NCBI GenBank assembly: GCA_050734135.1
Contig: JBOHUG010000039.1
Span: 4,134-68,133 of the forward strand
Length of the DNA stretch: 64,000 nucleotides
Direction of reading: 5' to 3'
Source: Candidatus Dormibacteria bacterium
GTDB lineage: Bacteria; Chloroflexota; Dormibacteria; Aeolococcales; Bog-877
Of this stretch, positions 18,349 to 26,959 are shown piece by piece (the first letter of the stretch is position 1; the number at the start of each line of letters is the position of its first letter). The notes under the pieces were generated by a model, which did no database searches, had not been told where the DNA came from, and saw only the letters and a program-made list of their open reading frames with translations. Both the position numbers and the translations under genes were made by a program.

Positions 18349-18960
18349 GTGACCGGTTGGGGACGGTCGCGTCGGATCGCACTTATGGTGGGGTCGGGTT
18401 TGGTGGTGGTCTGGGCTGCCGCCTGCGCTAGTGCCCCCGCCAGGATTCCGGCTGCGTCACCGACGCCCACCGCGGCTCCCACCACGATCGCGCCCGGGGT
18501 GGCTGTGAATCCCTCGGAATTGATTCTGCCGCCTTATACCGTCTCGACCACGAATCCGCTGCCGGCGGGCGTCTCGGCCAAACGGGTGGTACGCGATGTC
18601 GTGGTGGATGACCTCATAGAGAATGCCGCTATCCAGAAACGCGATCCGACTCTGCTCACATACTCGGACTCGGGCAATCTCCTGCAGTCTGAACGACAGG
18701 AAATTGTAACCAACAAATCTGGGGGCATCACGGTCCTGAGCATCCGGGACTCCATCACCAACATTGAAGTGGGAAGCAAGGCCGATCCAAACAACTCGTC
18801 TGTTCAATCTGCAGCAATCGTGCAAGGCACAGAAGTACGCGAGCAGCGCATTCGCTCCGGCGTCCGTACTCGTAGTTCACACCAATTCCAAGTTCTCCTA
18901 TGGTTGGTGTGGTCGCAAGCTAACTTGCGGTATTTGCTGTGCGATACGGCCGACGCGTAA
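18349..18960 (+). CDS. putative lipoprotein, hypothetical
   Basis: Signal peptide with lipobox-like VVWAAAC. C-terminal ~40 aa fall in a low-GC patch and look aberrant. Confidence 0.45.
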   Translation: MTGWGRSRRIALMVGSGLVVVWAAACASAPARIPAASPTPTAAPTTIAPGVAVNPSELILPPYTVSTTNPLPAGVSAKRVVRDVVVDDLIENAAIQKRDPTLLTYSDSGNLLQSERQEIVTNKSGGITVLSIRDSITNIEVGSKADPNNSSVQSAAIVQGTEVREQRIRSGVRTRSSHQFQVLLWLVWSQANLRYLLCDTADA

Positions 18961-19886
18961 TTCTGCGCGTCCTCGTTGCGACGATTAGTCTTCCACTCGC
19001 CATATGTAGCGCTCATGCCGACTTTCCGGACACCCGCCCGACTGTCGGGTGCCAGGCATCTGCTGGTGAATTGACGTTCGGCGGGCAGTGCGTCGGCATC
19101 CAGGGGCCGTCGGCGCCCACACAACCTGCGCAGGGTCACAGCTGGATCGTGACGCCACCGACCGTCCAGGCGTCGTGTGCTCCGTACATCGCCACAGAGT
19201 GGGCCGCCGCTGCGGGGGTTGACAGCGGGAAAATCGGCGGCGCCGTGTGGACTGTGGACGGCCAGCGCATTCCTGTCATCTACTCAACGCCTTTGACCGA
19301 CTGGGGCTGGCGGTACGCGGTGACGTGCGGAACTCCGGGAGTCACCAGATTTGTTGGGTTGGTCTCTGAGCCGCGAACTCCGAGTCCTTGTTCAGCCCAA
19401 ACTGCCACGCAAGACTGTGTGCCCGGTCTCGATCCAAGCTCCTTCTTGGCTGCCGTAAAAGGTGAAGTTCCGCGGGAGAGCATCGAGGCCTCCCCTCGAA
19501 AGCTTGGCGTCGTCGGGGTTTCAGTCGGGGTCCAAGTGGTGCCCGCGCCAGAGCCCCAGTACGCGACGATCAACGTTGCGGTACCTGATGCTGGTGACGG
19601 AGATCCGGGAGAAACCCTTCATGTGGTGTGGGTCGTCGAGGCCGCACCGGAGTCCGTGTCGTGGACTTGGCCAGATGGGTCACGGTCCCAAATTAGCAAG
19701 TGGATCCCGCAGACTTACGAAGAGGGTGGTTTCGTGGGCGCAAGTCTCGTGTACGGCGTGACCGCAACCGGATTCTGGTCGGACGGGTTGACCGTCCATG
19801 ACCTTCCGACAGTTTCGGTGGGCACCATCCCAATCACGGCGCAGCTGGCATATTCCGTTGAGCAGGTCCAGCCCGGGTTGGGGTAG
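18939..19886 (+). CDS. secreted hypothetical protein
   Basis: N-terminal signal peptide (LVATISLPLAICSAHA). Cys-rich N-terminal region. No family recognised. Confidence 0.5.
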   Translation: MRYGRRVILRVLVATISLPLAICSAHADFPDTRPTVGCQASAGELTFGGQCVGIQGPSAPTQPAQGHSWIVTPPTVQASCAPYIATEWAAAAGVDSGKIGGAVWTVDGQRIPVIYSTPLTDWGWRYAVTCGTPGVTRFVGLVSEPRTPSPCSAQTATQDCVPGLDPSSFLAAVKGEVPRESIEASPRKLGVVGVSVGVQVVPAPEPQYATINVAVPDAGDGDPGETLHVVWVVEAAPESVSWTWPDGSRSQISKWIPQTYEEGGFVGASLVYGVTATGFWSDGLTVHDLPTVSVGTIPITAQLAYSVEQVQPGLG

Positions 19887-19935
19887 CCGGGGCGCTCCTT
19901 CGGGCGTTCGATAGACTGGGCGCCCGAGTCGGAGC

Positions 19936-20012
<77 letters not shown>

Positions 20013-20109
20013 CGCCGATAGACTTTCGGGGAACCGTCCCGGGCCGGCGGACCTACGGTCGGGACCCGCTGGGCGCCGACCATCGCCCAAATGCGATCCT
20101 TAGCCTCCA

Positions 20110-20931
20110 ATGCGTAACCCGGGCAGCAGAGAGCTCCGCCGCCGCCAGGCTCGACTGGAGAACCAGCAGCGATCCGCCGTCCGCGAGCAGACGCCGGCGC
20201 CGCGGCGCGCTGACATGATGCGCCGTGGTGGCCTACTCGAAGGGCTCGCACCCCGAGTTGTCACCCGGCTGACCCTGGCGGTCACGGTCGTCAGCCTGGT
20301 CATGATCGCGGCCGCCGTGTTAGGGCTGTTGGTGGAGATCGGCCAGCAGGATCTGCTCTTGGGGGTGGTGGTACTGCTGGTGGCCCTGGTCATCACGGGG
20401 ATTGTCGGGTCGGTAGTGGCCCCCGCCATGCGGGCCGCCCGCCGGGACCGCCGCCAGCCTGCGCGCAACATCCAAGGGCCGCTGATGGGCGCCAGTTTGG
20501 TCTCGCCGACCCCGGGGCTGGCCACGGTGGCAATCACCGTTGGCAAGAATGTGGAGCAGTTCAGGGTCCGCCCCGAACTCTTTGAGAAGCTTCGAGTGGG
20601 TGGGGCGACTGTGGTGGGGCTGACGGTGACTCCCAGCCTGAACTACGTCCAGGTGCTGAACATCATTCGCCGTGATCGGTTGGCCACCATGACCACCCCA
20701 CCCGTCTCCCGGGCGATCAGGATCTCGGTCTGGCTGCCCCTCTTCTCGGTCGGGGCGATCTCAGTAGCCCTGGCCCTGGGGTGCCTAATAGGCGCCCTGC
20801 TGCCGCTGGCGCACAGCGCCATCCATCCGCTCGTGACCGTGCTGCTAGCGATCCTTCTGGCGGGTGGTGTGGCGCTCTTCACCCGCTGGTACGGTGGTCG
20901 TCTTATCAAGGAGCTCGGACTCGAGCAGTAG
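20110..20931 (+). CDS. hypothetical integral membrane protein
   Basis: Multiple hydrophobic TM segments. Start uncertain (a later MMRRGG is possible). Confidence 0.55.
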   Translation: MRNPGSRELRRRQARLENQQRSAVREQTPAPRRADMMRRGGLLEGLAPRVVTRLTLAVTVVSLVMIAAAVLGLLVEIGQQDLLLGVVVLLVALVITGIVGSVVAPAMRAARRDRRQPARNIQGPLMGASLVSPTPGLATVAITVGKNVEQFRVRPELFEKLRVGGATVVGLTVTPSLNYVQVLNIIRRDRLATMTTPPVSRAIRISVWLPLFSVGAISVALALGCLIGALLPLAHSAIHPLVTVLLAILLAGGVALFTRWYGGRLIKELGLEQ

Positions 20932-21044
20932 CTGGCCAAAGCAGCCAGGGGCGATCGGCTGACGAGCCCGAATGCTAGACTTCGACTTCCCTGCACCCGG
21001 TCCCCAGCCGGCTGCATACCCATAGGACCTGGGAGGCGCGTGAC

Positions 21045-21545
21045 TTGAACCGCGATTACGAACTTTTCTACATCGTCCGCCCTGATGTCGACGAGGATCA
21101 GGTGCGCACCACCATGGACGAGGTGGCCTCGATGGTCGCCGGCCACGGTGGCGAGATGACCAAGTCATCTCTGTGGGGTCGGCGCCGGCTCGCTTATCCG
21201 ATCGCCGGCTTCAATGATGGGTACTACGCTCTCAAGGAGCTGACCCTGCCGGCGGACAAAGTCCGGGAACTGGAGCGGCAGCTCCGACTGGACGAACGAG
21301 TGATTCGCCACCTAATCAGCCTCAAGCAGGTGTACTACCTTCCAGGCGACGAGGATCGCCGCGGTCGGGTACGAACCCGGACCAAGGATCGCGGTGAAGT
21401 CCCCGAGGACACCGCCCCCGAAGGCGAAGAGTTGACGGACGACGTTCTGGAAGCCGAGGTAGCGGCAGATGATGGTTTCCCGGATCCAGCCGTCGAGGCG
21501 CTGGTTGTGGCCGACTCTGCAGATGACGATGACGGGGAGGAGTAG
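21045..21545 (+). CDS. rpsF: 30S ribosomal protein S6 (with acidic C-terminal extension)
   Basis: N-terminal YELFYIVRPD matches bS6. TTG start. Long D/E-rich tail. Confidence 0.9.
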   Translation: MNRDYELFYIVRPDVDEDQVRTTMDEVASMVAGHGGEMTKSSLWGRRRLAYPIAGFNDGYYALKELTLPADKVRELERQLRLDERVIRHLISLKQVYYLPGDEDRRGRVRTRTKDRGEVPEDTAPEGEELTDDVLEAEVAADDGFPDPAVEALVVADSADDDDGEE

Positions 21546-21547
21546 CG

Positions 21548-22027
21548 ATGGCAGGTTCTCTTAACCGGGTAATGCTGATCGGTCGGTGCACGGCTGACCC
21601 TGAGATGAGATATCTCCCCAGCGGTGTGCCGGTGACCCAACTGCGGATTGCGACGAACCGGTATGGCAGTTCTCAAGACGGAGAGCGCCGGGAGTTCACC
21701 GACTATCACGACGTGGTGGTGTGGAACATCGGGCAGCGCAAGCTGGCCGAGCTGGCGGGGCAGTTCCTGCGCAAGGGCAGCCTGGTCTACATCGAAGGTC
21801 GGCTACAGACGCGCTCCTGGGATGGCCAGGACGGTCAGAAGCGGTACCGCACTGAGGTCAACTGCAACGACATTCAATTTCTCGACTCGAAGGGATCGAC
21901 CTCAGAGGGAAGCGATGGTGGCCCGCGGGTCCAAGCCTTCCCGGCACCCGCAGGCGGCGAGGAGTCGGCGCCCACTCCTGCCGAACTGCCCGACGGGGAC
22001 ATCGACCCCGACGACATTCCCTTCTAG
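21548..22027 (+). CDS. ssb: single-stranded DNA-binding protein
   Basis: OB-fold SSB N-terminus (NRVMLIGRCTADPEMRY...), Gly-rich linker and acidic C-terminal DDIPF tip. Confidence 0.9.
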   Translation: MAGSLNRVMLIGRCTADPEMRYLPSGVPVTQLRIATNRYGSSQDGERREFTDYHDVVVWNIGQRKLAELAGQFLRKGSLVYIEGRLQTRSWDGQDGQKRYRTEVNCNDIQFLDSKGSTSEGSDGGPRVQAFPAPAGGEESAPTPAELPDGDIDPDDIPF

Positions 22028-22069
22028 GTGTGATGTGACCAATCCCAACGGAGGCTGAGGAAGCAGAAC

Positions 22070-22303
22070 GTGTCGGAGTACGCGCGGCGCCGTCCACGCA
22101 AGGTTTGCAACTTCTGCCTGGAGCGGATCGTGGAGGTGGACCACAAGGAGGTCTCCCGGCTGCGCCGCTACATCAGCGAGCGGGGCAAGATCCTGCCCCG
22201 GCGCGTGACGGGCACCTGCTCGCTTCATCAGCGTCGGCTCACAGTTGCGCTCAAGCGCGCCCGGCACATGGCGCTGCTGCCCTTCGCCACTGATCAGCAC
22301 TGA
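22070..22303 (+). CDS. rpsR: 30S ribosomal protein S18
   Basis: 77 aa with the conserved bS18 motif [38 protein letters not shown]. Confidence 0.9.
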   Translation: MSEYARRRPRKVCNFCLERIVEVDHKEVSRLRRYISERGKILPRRVTGTCSLHQRRLTVALKRARHMALLPFATDQH

Positions 22304-22365
22304 GAGCATAAAGCTCCCGGCGGAATTAGTCGGTCGGACACCAAATTCAAGCTGGGGGCGCTAAA

Positions 22366-23229
22366 GTGCCGAGGGATCGGCAGGCGAACAGGAGGCTAGC
22401 AGCGGTGGCGCTTTCCAGCAGTCCGGCGAACAGGAGACGGCGCTCTTCGTCTGCGCCGTCCGGCCCGAGCCCCAAGGTCACTCTGTCGGTTGACGTCGGC
22501 GGCACGGGTATCAAAGCCGAGCTGCTTGATGCCTCCGGGAAGCCCCTCAAGGAGTCGGTGCGCTTCCGGACCGAATACCCCCTGGCCCCGACCGGCATGC
22601 TCCAGGTGTTCAAGAAGTTGGCCGCCGGCAGCCCCGGGTATGATCGAGTCTCGATCGGCTTTCCGGGGGTGGTTCGCGACGGGGTCATCTTCAGCGCTCC
22701 CCACTTCATCCGCGAAGGTGGGGAGGGCACCTCCATCTCGCCTGCACTGGAGCGGGCGTGGAGCCACTTCGACCTCGCCGCCAACACAGCACGCGCCTTG
22801 GGCAAACCGACTCGAATTGGCAACGACGCCGAGGTCCAGGGGATGGCCGTGATCAAAGGCCAGGGGCTGGAGGTGGTCGTGACCCTCGGGACCGCGTTTG
22901 GTAGCGCGATCTTCCAGGATGGAAAGCTGGCGGTCCACTTGGAACTGGCCCACCATCCCTGCCACAGCAACAAAACCTACAGCGAATACGTCGGAGAGGC
23001 AGCCCGTCAGAAGATCGGAGAAAAGCGATGGAATCGCCGGGTGCTGCGCGCCGTCGAGTTGGTGCGGCAGCTGCTCTTCTTCGATCACCTCTACGTGGGT
23101 GGCGGGAACTCCGACCACGTGAAAATACCCCTCGGTGACGACACCACCTTGGTCGACAACTCGGCTGGACTCTTAGGTGGCATTCGGCTCTGGGAGCCAC
23201 TCCGCAGCCGGCGGACTGAAGCCCGATAG
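22366..23229 (+). CDS. ROK-family kinase (polyphosphate glucokinase-like)
   Basis: ROK ATP-binding N-terminus LSVDVGGTGIKAEL and sugar-kinase fold. N-terminal ~45-aa Arg/Ser-rich extension, so the start is uncertain. Confidence 0.7.
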   Translation: MPRDRQANRRLAAVALSSSPANRRRRSSSAPSGPSPKVTLSVDVGGTGIKAELLDASGKPLKESVRFRTEYPLAPTGMLQVFKKLAAGSPGYDRVSIGFPGVVRDGVIFSAPHFIREGGEGTSISPALERAWSHFDLAANTARALGKPTRIGNDAEVQGMAVIKGQGLEVVVTLGTAFGSAIFQDGKLAVHLELAHHPCHSNKTYSEYVGEAARQKIGEKRWNRRVLRAVELVRQLLFFDHLYVGGGNSDHVKIPLGDDTTLVDNSAGLLGGIRLWEPLRSRRTEAR

Positions 23230-23308
23230 ACTGAGGTTGGCCAGGGAGGAGACGCTGACCGTCAGCCGCCCCCGCAGCCTATTCGCTCCCGCCTGAGAGG
23301 AAGTTCGC

Positions 23309-24907
23309 ATGTCTTCGCCGTTAGCTCCGGGACCGAACCGGATTCTGGTGGCTGATCCCATTGCCGAGGACGGGATCAGGCGGCTGCAGGCGGCTGGTGA
23401 AGTCGAGGTTGCCCTGAAGCTCACCGAAGGGCAACTGGTGGAGCGAGTGGTCCCGTATCAGGCGCTTGTGGTGCGCAGCGAGACCAAGGTGACCGCCCAG
23501 GTGATCGCGGCCGGGGTAAACCTCCGCGTCATCGGACGAGCGGGAGTTGGGGTAGACAACATCGATGTCGAGGCGGCGAGCACCCACGGTGTCCTGGTCG
23601 TCAATGCGCCAACCGGTAACACCGTCGCCGCGGCGGAGCACACCCTGGCCCTGATGTTGGCGCTGGTTCGCAACGTGGCCCGGGGCGACGCCTCCCTGCG
23701 CAGCGGCGGTTGGGAGCGATCCAAGCTGGTCGGCAGCGAACTCCGCGATAAGACGTTGGGAATAGTGGGACTTGGCAAAATTGGAGCCGAGGTGACCCGG
23801 ATGGCCCAGGGATTCCAGATGCGGGTCGTAGCCTTCGATCCCCTGGTGTCGCGCGAACGCGCTGCCCAGCTCGGGGTCGAGCTCCTCTCCCTCGACGACC
23901 TTCTGGCGCAGGCCGACATCCTGACCGTCCACACGCCTCTCAGCGAAGCGACCCGGGGCTTGATTGGCTCGGCCGAGCTCGCTCGGATGCCCCGCGGTGC
24001 ACGGGTTCTCAACGTCGGCAGAGGGGGCATCGTGGACGAGCCGGCTCTCGCCGCCGCGGTCCATCAGGGTCACCTCGCCGGGGCGGCGGTGGATGTCTTC
24101 ACCAGGGAGCCGCCCGCACCTGACAGCCCCCTGCTCCAGGAGCCGGGAATCCTGGTGACACCCCACTTGGGAGCCTCGACGGTGGAGGCCCAGCTCTCAG
24201 TCGCTACTGACGTGGCTGAGCAGATCGCCGATGTCCTCTCAGGCAGGCCGGCGAGGTGGGCGGTGAACGCTCCGGCGATCGCGCCGGAGGAGGCGGGTCT
24301 GATCATTCCGTACCAGGTCCTCGCCGCCAAGCTGGGGAGTCTCTACGCTCAGTTGGGCGGAGGCCGGATCCGCGGGGTGGAGCTCGACTTCCGGGGCGAG
24401 TTGGCCGCAGTTCAGCCGAGCTCCATCACCGCCGAGGCGCTGGGCGGCATCCTGCGGGCATTCACGCAGGACCGAGTCACAGCCGTGAATGCCCGCGCTG
24501 TCGCGGGTCAGCACGGAATCGAGGTCTCCGAGAAGCGCGGGTCCGGGCCCACCACCTGGGCCAGCTCACTGGTACTTCGGGTGGATGGGGATGGACCCAC
24601 CGAGCTGGAGGGAACCACCGCCAGCGGAGAGTCCCGGATTGTCCGCGTCGACGGACTACCGATCGATCTCGACCCGGACGGTCTCTTCATTTTCTTCGGT
24701 CACCGCGACCGTCCCGGGCTGATCGGAGCGATCGGACAATTGCTCGGCCAGGCCAATGTGAACATCGCGGAAATGCGAGTGGGCCGGGATGCGCCCCGCG
24801 GTCGAGCGGTGACCGCGGTCAAGATCGACGATCGGGTATCACCCGAACTCGCCGACCGGCTGCGGGCGATCGACGGGGTCACCGAACTCCACCTGGTCGA
24901 GCTCTAG
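23309..24907 (+). CDS. serA: D-3-phosphoglycerate dehydrogenase
   Basis: 532 aa with 2-hydroxyacid dehydrogenase NAD-binding GIVGLGKIG and C-terminal ASB/ACT domains. Confidence 0.9.
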   Translation: MSSPLAPGPNRILVADPIAEDGIRRLQAAGEVEVALKLTEGQLVERVVPYQALVVRSETKVTAQVIAAGVNLRVIGRAGVGVDNIDVEAASTHGVLVVNAPTGNTVAAAEHTLALMLALVRNVARGDASLRSGGWERSKLVGSELRDKTLGIVGLGKIGAEVTRMAQGFQMRVVAFDPLVSRERAAQLGVELLSLDDLLAQADILTVHTPLSEATRGLIGSAELARMPRGARVLNVGRGGIVDEPALAAAVHQGHLAGAAVDVFTREPPAPDSPLLQEPGILVTPHLGASTVEAQLSVATDVAEQIADVLSGRPARWAVNAPAIAPEEAGLIIPYQVLAAKLGSLYAQLGGGRIRGVELDFRGELAAVQPSSITAEALGGILRAFTQDRVTAVNARAVAGQHGIEVSEKRGSGPTTWASSLVLRVDGDGPTELEGTTASGESRIVRVDGLPIDLDPDGLFIFFGHRDRPGLIGAIGQLLGQANVNIAEMRVGRDAPRGRAVTAVKIDDRVSPELADRLRAIDGVTELHLVEL

Positions 24908-24913
24908 CTTCAG

Positions 24914-26158
24914 ATGGCCCAGGTGTCCCCGTTTCGGGGAATCCACTATGACCCGGCTGTCGTCTCCCTGGAGTCGGTCCTGGCCCCGCCCTACGACGTG
25001 ATCAGCCCCCAGCTTCAGCACGAGCTGTACGGCCGCGCCATGCAGAACGTGGTCCGGGTCGAGCTGGGTCGGGACTTCGTGGACGATTTGCCCGGGAAGC
25101 GAGACCGCTACAGCCGAGCCCGAGACCACCTCCAGGCCTGGCTCAGGGAGGGGGTACTGGTGCAGGACGAGCGGCTCTCCCTATACGTTCATAGACACTC
25201 CTTCCGGCCTCCCGGCGGAGGCGGCCCTCGGGATCGACTGGGTTGCTTCGTCGGGCTCGAGCCGGTGCCGTACGAGCGTGGCGAGGTGCTGCGGCACGAA
25301 TTGACCTTGACCGCGCCCCGGGCGGATCGGCTTCGCCTGCTCCAAGCCGCCAGAGCCCAGACCTCCCCGGTCTTCCTGCTCTACCAGGATGGGACGGAGG
25401 TCACGCGAGAACTCGAACGGGTGACCGCTTCCGCGCGGCCGTTCGCTGAGGCGGTGGTCGAAGGAGAGTTCGGGTCCGAACGCCACCAGCTGTGGCAGGT
25501 GACGGACGCAACTCCGGTGGCAACGATCACCGCCGGCCTGAGCCAGGCCCGCCTCTTCATCGCCGACGGTCATCATCGCTACGAGACCGCCGTCACCCTG
25601 GGGATGTCACGGGTCCTGGCACTCGTATCGGCCCTGGATGACCCCGGTAACGTGATCCTGCCCACCCATCGACTCGTCCCCAAGACGCCCAGGGATGTGG
25701 ACCAAATCGCCGAATACCTGGTGTCGCAGGGATGGCAGGCCGAACCGGTCCCCGACGTGTCCGAAGCTCTGGCCAAGCTAGCCATCCTGAAAGAGGACGC
25801 TCATGCCCTGGCGGTAGTTGGCGCCTCCGGCAAGATGGTGGTGAGTCGGTCGCGGGCCGCCGAAACGAACGTTGAGCCTCGGCAGGCACTTGATGTGAGA
25901 GTGCTGGAAACAGAGATCCTGGAGCCAATCCTGGGGATCGCGCCGGAAGACGCCGCCACCGGCCGGGTGCTCTACCTGCGCGACCCCAAAGAGGCGGTGC
26001 GGCTGGCGCTGGCCCAGCGCGGGGTCGCATTTCTGGTCAATCCCACCACGGTGGCGGAGATGGTCGAGGTCGCTCTGGCTGGCGAGGCGATGCCGCAGAA
26101 ATCGACCTACTTCTTCCCCAAGGTCCCAGCTGGCCTTGTGATCATGAGCCTCGAGTGA
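24914..26158 (+). CDS. DUF1015-family protein
   Basis: 414 aa with characteristic IADGHHRY motif. Conserved neighbour of serA. Confidence 0.8.
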   Translation: MAQVSPFRGIHYDPAVVSLESVLAPPYDVISPQLQHELYGRAMQNVVRVELGRDFVDDLPGKRDRYSRARDHLQAWLREGVLVQDERLSLYVHRHSFRPPGGGGPRDRLGCFVGLEPVPYERGEVLRHELTLTAPRADRLRLLQAARAQTSPVFLLYQDGTEVTRELERVTASARPFAEAVVEGEFGSERHQLWQVTDATPVATITAGLSQARLFIADGHHRYETAVTLGMSRVLALVSALDDPGNVILPTHRLVPKTPRDVDQIAEYLVSQGWQAEPVPDVSEALAKLAILKEDAHALAVVGASGKMVVSRSRAAETNVEPRQALDVRVLETEILEPILGIAPEDAATGRVLYLRDPKEAVRLALAQRGVAFLVNPTTVAEMVEVALAGEAMPQKSTYFFPKVPAGLVIMSLE

Positions 26159-26182
26159 GATCGGAAGGCCGGATCGGCTACG

Positions 26183-26206
26183 GGAGGCGTCACCGAGCGA
26201 CGCTCC
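26183..26206 (+). terminator. imperfect hairpin downstream of the DUF1015 gene
   Basis: GGAG(G)CGTC-ACCGAGC-GACGCTCC followed by GGTTTG. Weak U-tract. Confidence 0.3.
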
Positions 26207-26247
26207 GGTTTGAAGTTGGCCCCAATTCGGGTAGGGTTTAGAACGCG

Positions 26248-26580
26248 GTGCCCACATACGCCTATCGCTGCCAGTCCGGTCATCAGTTCGAAACCGTCCA
26301 GGGAATCACTGAGCCAGCCCTGGCTTCATGCACCGTCTGCGGCTCACCAGTCCGGCGGATGGTCTTCCCGGTCGGGATCGTGTTCAAAGGCCAGGGGTTT
26401 TATAAGAACGACTCCAGATCCTCGTCCTCAAGTTCGATAACGCCTGCGACCGCTGACAGCAAGAAAGATGCGTCCCCCGCGCCGGCCAAAGCTGAAACCA
26501 GCGCCGGAGACGCGAAGCCAGACAAACCGAAGAAGGATTCAGCGTCGGGACACGCCGCCCCTGCGGGCCAAGGCGCCTGA
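26248..26580 (+). CDS. FmdB-family zinc-ribbon protein with Ser/Ala/Lys-rich tail
   Basis: N-terminal YAYRCQSGHQFE...CTVCGSP CxxC..CxxC ribbon. Low-complexity tail. Confidence 0.7.
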   Translation: MPTYAYRCQSGHQFETVQGITEPALASCTVCGSPVRRMVFPVGIVFKGQGFYKNDSRSSSSSSITPATADSKKDASPAPAKAETSAGDAKPDKPKKDSASGHAAPAGQGA

Positions 26581-26595
26581 CGCCGGGAGAAGACC

Positions 26596-26919
26596 ATGGC
26601 TGAGCCCGTTCAGGTGAGCGATGCGACCTTCGACAGTGAGGTGATCAAGTCAGATACTCCGGTCCTGGTGGATTTCTGGGCCGACTGGTGCAACCCGTGC
26701 AAGATGCTGGCACCGATCGTGGAGGACCTTGCCACGGAGTACGGCGCCCGGGTTAAGGTAGCCAAGCTCGACGTGGACGCCAATCCCAATATTGCCGGCC
26801 AGTTCGGGGTGATGAGCATCCCCACTCTCATCCTCTTCAAGGGCGGCGAGGCGGTGCAGCGGGTCGTCGGCTACCAGCCGAAGTCTGCCCTCAAAGCCAA
26901 GCTCGACGCCCTGGTCTGA
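26596..26919 (+). CDS. trxA: thioredoxin
   Basis: 107 aa. Active site WCNPCK and thioredoxin fold. Confidence 0.9.
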   Translation: MAEPVQVSDATFDSEVIKSDTPVLVDFWADWCNPCKMLAPIVEDLATEYGARVKVAKLDVDANPNIAGQFGVMSIPTLILFKGGEAVQRVVGYQPKSALKAKLDALV

Positions 26920-26929
26920 GACGGGGACC

Positions 26930-26959
26930 GGGCGCCTGAAACGATACGATCAGGCGCCC
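26930..26959 (+). promoter_or_regulatory. perfect 10-bp inverted repeat directly abutting the argS start codon
   Basis: GGGCGCCTGA-(10 nt)-TCAGGCGCCC ending at 26959. The argS ATG is at 26960. No U-tract. No SD for argS. Confidence 0.45.

Noticed and set aside
23230-23308. Possible riboswitch or leader upstream of serA
   Set aside because: No recognisable conserved riboswitch core could be identified by eye in the 79-nt spacer.
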